Origin: a virus | Taxonomy: Duplodnaviria; Caudoviricetes | Strand: one strand, 5' to 3' | Length of the DNA stretch: 64,000 nt | Virus record (IMG/VR): IMGVR_UViG_3300021255_000122 | Span: 16,228 to 80,227 of that record | Part shown: in pieces, positions 1 to 7,986 of the stretch | How positions within the stretch are numbered: position 1 is the stretch's first letter | How the letters are laid out: every line of letters starts with the position of its first letter | Position numbers and translations under genes: made by a program | Notes under the pieces: model-generated | The model's input: only the letters and a program-made list of their open reading frames with translations | Databases searched by the model: none | What the model was told of the DNA's origin: nothing

Positions 1-16
1 GTTAGTGCATGGACAC

Positions 17-47
17 AAAAAAAGCGTACCTAAAAAGATACGCTTTT
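17..47 (-). terminator. Intrinsic terminator for the leftward gene
   Basis: AAAAGCGTA (20-28) / TACGCTTTT (39-47) hairpin with a T7 run on the minus strand, just past the stop at 71. Confidence 0.6.
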
Positions 48-70
48 GATACTATGGAAAAAATGTAATA

Positions 71-418
71 TTACACAAACTTAACTTGGCCGTTTACTTC
101 GAGCGTAACAGCCTCCTGTTGCATTTCGTTTTTGATGCGCTCGGCAATTGCATAAACCTTTGCAAAGTTTTCTTGCAACTGTGCCGAACTGCAAAAAGAG
201 TAAACAATTGTTACCTCCTCTAATACCGTTTCGCCGTTTGCACATACCCAGCCGCCAACGGCCTTCGATGCTGTTGCACCGCCAAACATCTGAGCCAGTT
301 CTGTTATTGTGCGCTTGACTTGTGCACTGTTGTCAGTTTGTTCGTTTACATTTACTGTAGAGGGTACATAAATGCTAACTTTGCAATCTAAATCAAATTT
401 AAATTTTAAGGTCTTCAT
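71..418 (-). CDS. Hypothetical phage protein, 115 aa
   Basis: Clean ORF, A-rich start context, own promoter and terminator. Confidence 0.8.
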   Translation of the reverse strand: MKTLKFKFDLDCKVSIYVPSTVNVNEQTDNSAQVKRTITELAQMFGGATASKAVGGWVCANGETVLEEVTIVYSFCSSAQLQENFAKVYAIAERIKNEMQQEAVTLEVNGQVKFV

Positions 419-467
419 AATTTTTAATTTTAAGTATAAATAAATAAAATGTTAACTAATTCTTTTG

Positions 468-475
468 CAAAGGTA
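468..475 (-). promoter_or_regulatory. Bacteroidota -7 promoter element (TACCTTTG)
   Basis: Matches TAnnTTTG, 50 bp upstream of the ATG at 418. Confidence 0.6.
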
Positions 476-538
476 ATCATTTTATTTATATAATGTATTT
501 GTATTTTTATGTTATAAAACATATTTCCGATATTTAAC

Positions 539-592
539 ATTGTGTTCGCACACAATTAGTAAATGCAAACAAATGTTATGTGTACGCACACA
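539..592. promoter_or_regulatory. Two operator-like TGTGT-N4-ACACA palindromes
   Basis: ATTGTGT-TCGC-ACACAAT (539-556) and TGTGT-ACGC-ACACA (579-592). Confidence 0.4.
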
Positions 593-703
593 ATGCGTTA
601 AATTTATACCAGATATATAACTTATCGTTTTTTAGATTTAAACGCAACACGCGCAAATTATAGCGTTTTTCGTTTTTCTTGACACTTATTTAATACTTTT
701 GCG

Positions 704-1277
704 TAACTACTTGATTTATAGCGTTTTACGTGTTGTTTTGCTAAAAGGTACGTTAATTGCTTGATTTACAAAGAGTTACGATTTTTCGCGCTTTAATAGT
801 GCTTCATAAAGTATTGAAAATCAATTATTTAGCGCAAACACCTTTGTTATTTAGAATTTTCTAAATAAGGAAAACACCTAATTTATTGCACAAATTTACT
901 TTAAATGTGCAAAACGTGAAACAATTGTTTTTGTTACGTGAAACATTTATAAAACTTTGCTTTCAAAAATAGTTTTCCTTTTCTTTTATATTCTTTTCTT
1001 TTCCCTTACTTAATTATATTATGCTTTATTATATCGTATCTTTATATTTTATATTTATATTCTTTAGTATTGCTTTATATATAGCTTTATTATAATATAT
1101 ATTTATTATTATAATTATATTATATTATGTAATGCGCTTTTTTCGCGTTTTGCGCCCGTCGTTTGCATCCGCTTCGCACTTCATGCCGTGAAATATGGCA
1201 TAACACCAGAAATAAACGTTTTTATTTTTGCAAGACGAACGTTTTCAAAACGTAACACGTTGAAAATCAAAACGTTA
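704..1277. promoter_or_regulatory. Four IHF-consensus sites (WATCAANNNNTTR)
   Basis: Exact matches at 704-716 (-), 754-766 (-), 819-831 (+), 1265-1277 (+). Confidence 0.45.
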
Positions 1278-1631
1278 CGCAATTTTAGAAGGGGGAGGGG
1301 GTAAAACTCCCAACTTCTTTGTGTGGTGCATACCTTTTATTTTGAAAAAAAGAAAATTTCCGAAAAAAAGAAAAATTTTCAAAAACGAAAAACGAAAAAT
1401 TTCAAAATTCTTGTATAATATAAATATTAATATTATTTTTGTCAAGTCTAAATATATTATATATATATTATGATGTTTTGTTTTACGTGCGCGTGCGCAT
1501 ACGTGCGTATATATATACATATTAATTAATATCTTAATAATAAGGAAATCTTTATATATAAAGAAACCTTTATAAATATTAAGAAATTCTAATATTTTGT
1601 TGTTTTTGTTTGAATATTAAAAATAATTATA

Positions 1632-1639
1632 TACTTTTG
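1632..1639 (+). promoter_or_regulatory. Bacteroidota -7 promoter element (TACTTTTG)
   Basis: TTTG 19 nt upstream; precedes the rightward operon starting at 1683. Confidence 0.65.
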
Positions 1640-1682
1640 TGGTTGAATTTATATATATTTTTATTTTAAACTTTATATTTTT

Positions 1683-1928
1683 ATGAAAGCAAGATTATTA
1701 CGAAAGTTACGGCGTAGATATTCGCGCAAGTATGCGATTCGCCGTTGGTCTGGTGGTTGGTGTGTTGTATGGGGTGCAAGCGACCTTGACCGTTTGCGTT
1801 ATTCCACCCTTGACCGTGCAAAGATTCAATTTCGCGAAATGGTGCGTGACGACATTATGGCTTACGTTGTCAAGTTCCGCAACCGTCTTTTTTACTTGAA
1901 CCGCAAAGTTACTTATTACCCTTGGTAG
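1683..1928 (+). CDS. Hypothetical basic protein
   Basis: First ORF after the promoter, TTATG start context. Confidence 0.65.
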   Translation: MKARLLRKLRRRYSRKYAIRRWSGGWCVVWGASDLDRLRYSTLDRAKIQFREMVRDDIMAYVVKFRNRLFYLNRKVTYYPW

Positions 1929-1935
1929 ATTTGTT

Positions 1936-2247
1936 ATGGAAAAGGCAAAGATTAAGAACGAACGCCGTTGGGGTGGTATTCTTGGTGTTATCGGTGAAGA
2001 TTTGGTACGTCCTCTATCCGTTATCGAGGGTGTATTGCAAGAAGTATTGCAAGAAATGAAGAAATACGACGAACGTTTAGAATCGCGTGGTATCAATCCC
2101 GACGAGGATGCCGTTCATCGTAGGTATTTAAAGATTTCGTGTGACCTTGGTGCGATACATTCCGTTCTAAGTGGCGGCAATGTGATGTTGAGTGGTGTTA
2201 TATGTGATTTACTTGAAGAATACGTAACGAATAGAAATTGCAATTAG
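1936..2247 (+). CDS. Hypothetical protein
   Basis: Tightly packed in the operon. Confidence 0.7.
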   Translation: MEKAKIKNERRWGGILGVIGEDLVRPLSVIEGVLQEVLQEMKKYDERLESRGINPDEDAVHRRYLKISCDLGAIHSVLSGGNVMLSGVICDLLEEYVTNRNCN

Positions 2248-2250
2248 TTT

Positions 2251-2835
2251 ATGAACAAGAAAACGAATGAATTTATAGAGCGTGCGCATGAAATGGCGTG
2301 CAATCACGGCTTCCACGACAAAGAGTTAAGTATTGAGCATTGTTTAATGTTGGTGATAACCGAGATTTCCGAAATGGTTGAAGCAGACCGCAAGGGAAAG
2401 TATGCGCAAGTGGCGATGTATGAAAGCCAAAAGAATACGCCACAATCAGAAAACTTGAAAGAGGCGCATAGGAAGTTTTGCTTCGAGACTTTCATCAAAG
2501 ACTCCTTTGAGGACGAAATGGCCGATACGTGCATTAGGTTATATGATACGGCAGGTGCTTTCGGTGTGAAATTTGAAAAATGGCAACTTGACGCGGACAT
2601 GGGCGATATGTATTACGACAACATAGCACCAAAGACGTTACCCGAAAAGGCGTTTTTGCTCTGTGGTGTTCTAATGCGTGCCATTGAGGGTGAAGAACTT
2701 GACGGGATTATTGGTGGCGCGTTAAGTTTTCTTGAACTTTTGGCCGAGGAAATGGATGTTGACTTGTTTTGGTACATCGAAAAAAAGATGGATTACAACG
2801 AAACACGCAAGAAATTGCACGGCAAAAAGTACTAA
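2251..2835 (+). CDS. MazG-like / all-alpha NTP pyrophosphohydrolase
   Basis: ITEISEMVEADRKG and FEDEMADTCIRL (ExxE...E.AD) motifs. Confidence 0.75.
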   Translation: MNKKTNEFIERAHEMACNHGFHDKELSIEHCLMLVITEISEMVEADRKGKYAQVAMYESQKNTPQSENLKEAHRKFCFETFIKDSFEDEMADTCIRLYDTAGAFGVKFEKWQLDADMGDMYYDNIAPKTLPEKAFLLCGVLMRAIEGEELDGIIGGALSFLELLAEEMDVDLFWYIEKKMDYNETRKKLHGKKY

Positions 2836-2836
2836 A

Positions 2837-2931
2837 GCCCAAAATCGTGCGTTCTAAGCGTAGATTTTTGTCTTTGTGGGCAACTTATCCACCCAATAGG
2901 TAAAAACGCGTCAAAACGCACGAAAACGGGC
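2837..2931. repeat. Imperfect palindromic intergenic element, copy A
   Basis: TCGTGCGTT/AACGCACGA and GCCC/GGGC arms; shares motifs with 11730-11797 and 43581-43677. Confidence 0.55.
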
Positions 2932-2962
2932 AAATTTGGCATTTATTTTAAATTTACACATT

Positions 2963-3274
2963 ATGAACAACAAGAATTACGAGTCCATTCCCGAATGGAA
3001 AAAGGATTTAACGAGAAAAATCGGTCTGTTTGGTCTTGGTGACTTGCGCAAACTTGCCCCGATAGGAAACTTAGGGTATGCGAACGGGTGGTACTGGAAC
3101 TTTGAAGGCGAAAGTGGGTGGTTTTACGGAGAAATGGAGAAAGCCATTATGGAGGCTTTTCGCGAACAAGGGTTCAAGTTCGACAAAGGTTACGATAGTG
3201 GCTATAGACGTACCGACCACCATTACATTTGTACCGAACTAAACATGCGTTATTCAGTAGATAGTGGGGATTAA
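2963..3274 (+). CDS. Hypothetical protein
   Basis: ATG at 2963 preferred over the TTG in the ORF track. Confidence 0.7.
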   Translation: MNNKNYESIPEWKKDLTRKIGLFGLGDLRKLAPIGNLGYANGWYWNFEGESGWFYGEMEKAIMEAFREQGFKFDKGYDSGYRRTDHHYICTELNMRYSVDSGD

Positions 3275-3302
3275 TATACAAACTTAATATTTTATATTAT
3301 AT

Positions 3303-3500
3303 ATGGAAAAGTACAAGAACGACAACAAGATTGTTATAAGTTACCAAAAGCGGTTGACTACGGTTGACGTGCGTGAAATTGTGGCCATGAACCATCCGAA
3401 TGAGGGTGACAAGTTCTTTCGCGTCTATTTTGAAAATGCCGTTTGGCAGGTTTCTTCCGACCAACATGATAGGTTATACAAAGCATGGATGGCGCAATGA
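3303..3500 (+). CDS. Hypothetical protein
   Basis: ORF with typical start context. Confidence 0.65.
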   Translation: MEKYKNDNKIVISYQKRLTTVDVREIVAMNHPNEGDKFFRVYFENAVWQVSSDQHDRLYKAWMAQ

Positions 3501-3652
3501 TAAGGAAATGTGGGCATAGTGCGTTTGGTGGTCATTTATACCGTTCGTACTTGATATTTGGCCTTATATGGCTACATATTGGGATAGGCAAGGATTTCCC
3601 ACGCATATCGTTTAAAAAGTTACCGTTTTAATTCAACAAAAAAAAGAAAATT

Positions 3653-4042
3653 ATGGAAAATTCAATTATCGTACAAATAGAGAAAATCTTAGACAAGCAA
3701 ACATTCACTTCAAGTAAGACGGGAAACGTCTATGAAAAATTTTTCTTCGTAGGCAAGACGCAAGCGCAATATCCAAAGACAATCGCCTTTTCGGTGATGG
3801 GTGCGGAAAAGTTTGAGAAACTTGGTATTGTGGTAGGCAAAACGTACAATATTTCGTTTGATGTGGAAAGCCGCGAATGGAATGGAAAGTATTTTACCGA
3901 TATAACCGCATGGAAGGCCGTGTGCGTCGATGGTGGCAATGCGCCACAACAAGCATCATCCAATGTTCAAAATCCGCAACCGCAACCACAAGCCGCGCCG
4001 CAAACTACAACGAATGCCAATGATGATGGTCTGCCATTCTGA
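3653..4042 (+). CDS. DUF3127-family OB-fold ssDNA-binding-like protein
   Basis: FDVESREWNGKYFTDITAWK motif and acidic DDGLPF tail. Confidence 0.85.
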   Translation: MENSIIVQIEKILDKQTFTSSKTGNVYEKFFFVGKTQAQYPKTIAFSVMGAEKFEKLGIVVGKTYNISFDVESREWNGKYFTDITAWKAVCVDGGNAPQQASSNVQNPQPQPQAAPQTTTNANDDGLPF

Positions 4043-4066
4043 TGCGTGTTTCGTTCACGAGAGCAA

Positions 4067-4411
4067 ATGATTATGAACGCACAAAATAATGAAACCCTAC
4101 AAGCCATGTGCCGTGACTACTTAACGCGGTTGCGGTACATGGGTAGGAAACACGGTATAGATGTTGATGCGATTATACGTGCCAACAAGCGCAGGGAATG
4201 TGTCGCAACAAACAAGGAGGTTGAAATGCTTTCACGTTGTGTTGACGACGAGAGAATATCACGCACGGAAATACCAACAATGCTTGGCAAGTCATATAGA
4301 AGATGTTGCGAAGATGAAGATTTTGAAAAAATCAAAAAATTAAAACGAGTTGGTATATACTCTAAGATTTCTACTATTTTATACAAAACAAAACGAACAA
4401 AAAGGAAGTAA
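4067..4411 (+). CDS. Hypothetical phage protein
   Basis: ORF in operon; ATG at 4067 chosen. Confidence 0.65.
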   Translation: MIMNAQNNETLQAMCRDYLTRLRYMGRKHGIDVDAIIRANKRRECVATNKEVEMLSRCVDDERISRTEIPTMLGKSYRRCCEDEDFEKIKKLKRVGIYSKISTILYKTKRTKRK

Positions 4412-4412
4412 A

Positions 4413-5507
4413 ATGCCAGAAAAATATTCAAATCCTTTATTGCACACAAGTCAGTTTACAATGTGTGGAAACTGCTTTAGAATGGATTCTTACAAAGGTT
4501 GTTGGTTTGGCTGCGAGTATTGTTTCGCAAATGCAAGAGCAGGTGGTGGAAGCGATAATAATTTTAATAGAGACTTTGCTATTACCGACCCCGAACTTGT
4601 TAGAAAATGGTTTTACGAAGCGATAGAACTTGGCGAGACAAATAATATTAAAAAAGAGATGCTTAATCATCGCGTACCTATTCACCTTGGTGGAATGTCA
4701 GACCCTTTTCAAGAGTTGGAAAAAAGGTATAGGGTAACATATAGATTGCTTGAAATATCAAAAAAATACAAATACCCAATAAATATTAGTACCAAAACAT
4801 CTTCATTGGAAGAAATGTATTTTGAGTTGTTAGACCCTAAGATACACACGTTTTCAATATCGTTGATTGGTGTAAGCGATGATTATATCCGCACATGGGA
4901 AACACGTACACCTTTGGCGTGGGAACGTATTAACTTTATTAAAGAGTTAAAAAAAAGAGGCTTTTGGGTTTCTATAAGAATACAACCAATTATTGATATA
5001 AAAGAGGTGCTCGAACTTGTTAAAGAAACAGACGATTTGGTTGATTACTACACAATAGAACATTTGAAGATACCTACAGACAACAAGCAAATATCAAACT
5101 CTTTATTCAAGAAGTTAGGTGAAATGAATTTAAACATTAACCTAATACCTAAAGGTAGAGAGTATGAGTTTGAAGGAAAAGTAAAACTTGAAAATATAAG
5201 AAAAATACAAGAACTTGCAAAAACGCCTGTTGGTTGTGGTGATAACGATTTCCATATACTATCCGAAAGTCTAAATTGTTGCGGTATAGATTTGATGCCT
5301 AAATCATTTTCAAATTGGATGAAATACAACACTATGTATATCAAAATGACTGGCGACAAATCACAATGGTCTCCACAAAACAATTGTAATGCTTGTTTTG
5401 TTTCACATTGTGTAAAAAAGGGTTTTACAACAGTAAAGCAATATACGGATAGGGCATACATAGAACAATATGGAAACCCAAGCCAGCTTGCTTTTGATTT
5501 TGGTTAA
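4413..5507 (+). CDS. Radical SAM protein, spore photoproduct lyase (SplB)-like
   Basis: YKGCWFGCEYCFAN (CxxxCxxC), GGMSDPFQELE, ISTKT motifs. Confidence 0.8.
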   Translation: MPEKYSNPLLHTSQFTMCGNCFRMDSYKGCWFGCEYCFANARAGGGSDNNFNRDFAITDPELVRKWFYEAIELGETNNIKKEMLNHRVPIHLGGMSDPFQELEKRYRVTYRLLEISKKYKYPINISTKTSSLEEMYFELLDPKIHTFSISLIGVSDDYIRTWETRTPLAWERINFIKELKKRGFWVSIRIQPIIDIKEVLELVKETDDLVDYYTIEHLKIPTDNKQISNSLFKKLGEMNLNINLIPKGREYEFEGKVKLENIRKIQELAKTPVGCGDNDFHILSESLNCCGIDLMPKSFSNWMKYNTMYIKMTGDKSQWSPQNNCNACFVSHCVKKGFTTVKQYTDRAYIEQYGNPSQLAFDFG

Positions 5508-5544
5508 TTGTGGTTAAAGATTTTGATATATGAAAACATAGTTG

Positions 5545-5552
5545 TATCTTTG
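5545..5552 (+). promoter_or_regulatory. Bacteroidota -7 element (TATCTTTG)
   Basis: TTTG at 5522-5525 upstream. Confidence 0.7.
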
Positions 5553-5559
5553 CACCAAC

Positions 5560-5790
5560 CTATCAACCATGCGTTGAAAAGGTAACGGTGGCGTAGTTCC
5601 CGAAAGGGTGGTATCTTTTTAGGTATTATTGGTTAATTGCGCCACTTGCTAAGAAAGAATCGTTGATGCGTTGTCGGTCACAAAGGCGCATTAAGCGAAA
5701 AGATATAAGTAATTACTATTTTTGCCTACGGGCGGCATGAAAGTGTAGTGACCGACACAAGTAATGTCGCTCGTTGGTTTTTTAAAAGGT
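5560..5790 (+). ncRNA. Candidate structured 5' leader of the HNH-replication operon
   Basis: CCC-GAAA-GGG, GCC-TACG-GGC, 10-bp IR 5672-5681/5748-5757, GTGGCG/CGCCAC stem. Confidence 0.4.
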
Positions 5791-5798
5791 CACAAATT

Positions 5799-6347
5799 AT
5801 GAAGAAAGAGTATTTATCGGCACTTGCCAGCCCACAATGGCAAAAGAAACGTCTTGAAATCATGCAAAGAGACAACTTTACTTGCCAATTTTGCGGATGT
5901 AAGGATAGAACGTTGCACATTCATCACAAAGTGTACGAAAAAGGAAAGAAACCTTGGGAATACGAAGACAAGGATTTGATTACTTTGTGCGATAGGTGTC
6001 ACGAATACATAACCGATGAAAAAAACAATCTTTACGAAAATTTTACCAATGCAAGAGATTGTTTTAGAAAGTTTGGTTTTAGTGATTCGATTTTTAATGC
6101 AATTTTGTGCGGCTTTTGTTCTTTTTTTGAAAGCATAAAAGAACAAGAAAAACTTTGGAATTTTGATATAACAAAGCAAGACATCCATAATGCTGTTATG
6201 AGCACCCAAAATTATGACGATGTTAAAACCCTTGTTAAATTGGGGATTAAAGAAAAGGAATTGGTGAATTTCAATTATCCTATTTTTCTTGAAGACTATG
6301 ATAATGCTAAAATAGATGAAAACGTATCTTTACTTCTTAATGATTGA
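5799..6347 (+). CDS. HNH endonuclease
   Basis: WQKKRLEIMQRDNFTCQFCG...LHIHHKVY...LITLCDRCHE. Confidence 0.85.
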   Translation: MKKEYLSALASPQWQKKRLEIMQRDNFTCQFCGCKDRTLHIHHKVYEKGKKPWEYEDKDLITLCDRCHEYITDEKNNLYENFTNARDCFRKFGFSDSIFNAILCGFCSFFESIKEQEKLWNFDITKQDIHNAVMSTQNYDDVKTLVKLGIKEKELVNFNYPIFLEDYDNAKIDENVSLLLND

Positions 6348-7201
6348 TTGCTAACATGGAAAGAAACGATTATATCACCATCCAAGCCTACATGGTAACG
6401 GAACTTGGATTGAGCGGAAACAATTTGATTATCTATGCCCTTATACATGGTTTTTGTAAAGATGGAATACATGAATTTAAGGGTAGTATAAATTATATTT
6501 GTGAATGGACTAACCTAACACGAAACACCGTGATAGCCATTCTAAAGCAATTAGTTGAAAGTGAATTACTCGTAAAGAGAATATACAAGGAAAATAATGT
6601 TGCTTTTTGCGCTTATTCATTGGGTAGTGCAAAAATTGCACCACCAGTGCAAAATGTGGATGATGGTAGTGCAAAAATTTCACCCAATAATAATATAGAT
6701 AATACTAAATTGAAAAAAGATAAAGAAGAATCTTTATCTAAAAGTGCAAGCGATGTGGAACTTTTTGAGAAATGTTGGATTGCATATAGGAGAAAAGGGA
6801 AAAAAGGCAAATCCTTACCGTATTGGAAAAAACTAACTGAAAGTGAGAAGCAAATGGTACTTCCACATATCAAGGCTTATGTAACAAGTCGTGAATTACA
6901 ATTCCAACAGGATTTTGAACGATACCTACGCGATAAAACATTTACCACAATCGTATTTTTAAAAAACAAGGTTATATACGACCCGACAAAAAATAATGGC
7001 GCAACATACATGCCAATATGCGACGGTGCTTTATCATGGAGCGATTATCTTAATTGCTATGTTTACGTTGGAATGTACTATGGCCATGTTTCGGATGGAT
7101 ATACCGATGAAAACCGTCCTAACGGCGCAAAGGTGTTTCTTGGTAATGGTGGCGGTTATATTGTATGGAATAGCGAAACAAAAACTTGGAATAAGATATG
7201 A
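6344..7201 (+). CDS. Replication initiator-like protein with N-terminal winged HTH
   Basis: YITIQAYMVTELGLSGNNLIIYALIHGF...SINYICEW N-terminus; FQQDFERYL C-terminal motif. Confidence 0.7.
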   Translation: MIANMERNDYITIQAYMVTELGLSGNNLIIYALIHGFCKDGIHEFKGSINYICEWTNLTRNTVIAILKQLVESELLVKRIYKENNVAFCAYSLGSAKIAPPVQNVDDGSAKISPNNNIDNTKLKKDKEESLSKSASDVELFEKCWIAYRRKGKKGKSLPYWKKLTESEKQMVLPHIKAYVTSRELQFQQDFERYLRDKTFTTIVFLKNKVIYDPTKNNGATYMPICDGALSWSDYLNCYVYVGMYYGHVSDGYTDENRPNGAKVFLGNGGGYIVWNSETKTWNKI

Positions 7202-7419
7202 AAGCAGAAGAATATATAAAATCAAAGTCAACTATCTTGTATAGTGGTGGTATGAACGAAGAAAAAGTAGTTAGCCAAAAAGACGCTTTACTTGCACTTG
7301 ATGCCGCAAGAAATGAAATGCTTAATAAAGTGTATCATTGGCTTCGTAAGGAGCTTTATATATCGCCACAAGCACTTGAAGAAATGTATAATGCCAATCG
7401 TGTATATCAACCTTTTTAA
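7198..7419 (+). CDS. Hypothetical protein
   Basis: ATGA overlap with the rep stop codon. Confidence 0.65.
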   Translation: MKAEEYIKSKSTILYSGGMNEEKVVSQKDALLALDAARNEMLNKVYHWLRKELYISPQALEEMYNANRVYQPF

Positions 7420-7490
7420 CGATAATGCTAAGTAATGGTCGTGGTACGTTGGTATGGTCAACAATCACTAAGACATGGAATAAGGTATGA
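7419..7490 (+). pseudogene. Orphan second copy of the replication initiator 3' end
   Basis: Translates TIMLSNGRGTLVWSTITKTWNKV* versus rep KVFLGNGGGYIVWNSETKTWNKI*. Confidence 0.7.
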
Positions 7491-7666
7491 TTAAGGACAA
7501 AGCGTTTTACTACTCGCAAAAACGAGGAGTTGGAAAGAAAGCATACGAAAACTACATGCAAGGTGTAAAGGACGTTATCATAGAACTAAACAACGCTTTC
7601 CAAATCGGAGGTATTGGTACTATGGTTGAATGTTACAACAGCATCTTAGAGGAATTAAAACATTAA
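7487..7666 (+). CDS. Hypothetical protein, 59 aa (below track cutoff)
   Basis: MIKDKAFYYSQKRG...ELKH*; ATGA overlap with the remnant stop. Confidence 0.6.
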   Translation: MIKDKAFYYSQKRGVGKKAYENYMQGVKDVIIELNNAFQIGGIGTMVECYNSILEELKH

Positions 7667-7669
7667 GAT

Positions 7670-7936
7670 ATGAACTACGTTATAGAAAAGCATATCACGA
7701 AAAAGTACGAGGTAACGGATATTGCGCGTTTCTTGAAGTACGCTACTTTTGTAGGTGGCCGAAAGGGGATGCGCAATACCCCAAGGACGTGCTTTCGTTG
7801 TGGCCATAAGTTCACTGATGACGAATATACATACCTTGGTGTGGTTAAGGGTGACAAGAACCGTATTTTTTGCAAGTCGTGTGCGGAACATATTGCATCT
7901 ATTATTGGCAAAGAAAATATTAGTTCATTAACATAG
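7670..7936 (+). CDS. Zn-ribbon hypothetical protein
   Basis: CFRCG and FCKSCA pairs. Confidence 0.7.
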   Translation: MNYVIEKHITKKYEVTDIARFLKYATFVGGRKGMRNTPRTCFRCGHKFTDDEYTYLGVVKGDKNRIFCKSCAEHIASIIGKENISSLT

Positions 7937-7986
7937 TATAACATAAAATTTTGCTATATATGAAATTTTATTAGTACACTTGCAAA

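Noticed and set aside
1275-1520. 81-aa ORF in the control region
   Set aside because: Low-complexity translation of AT-rich and alternating DNA
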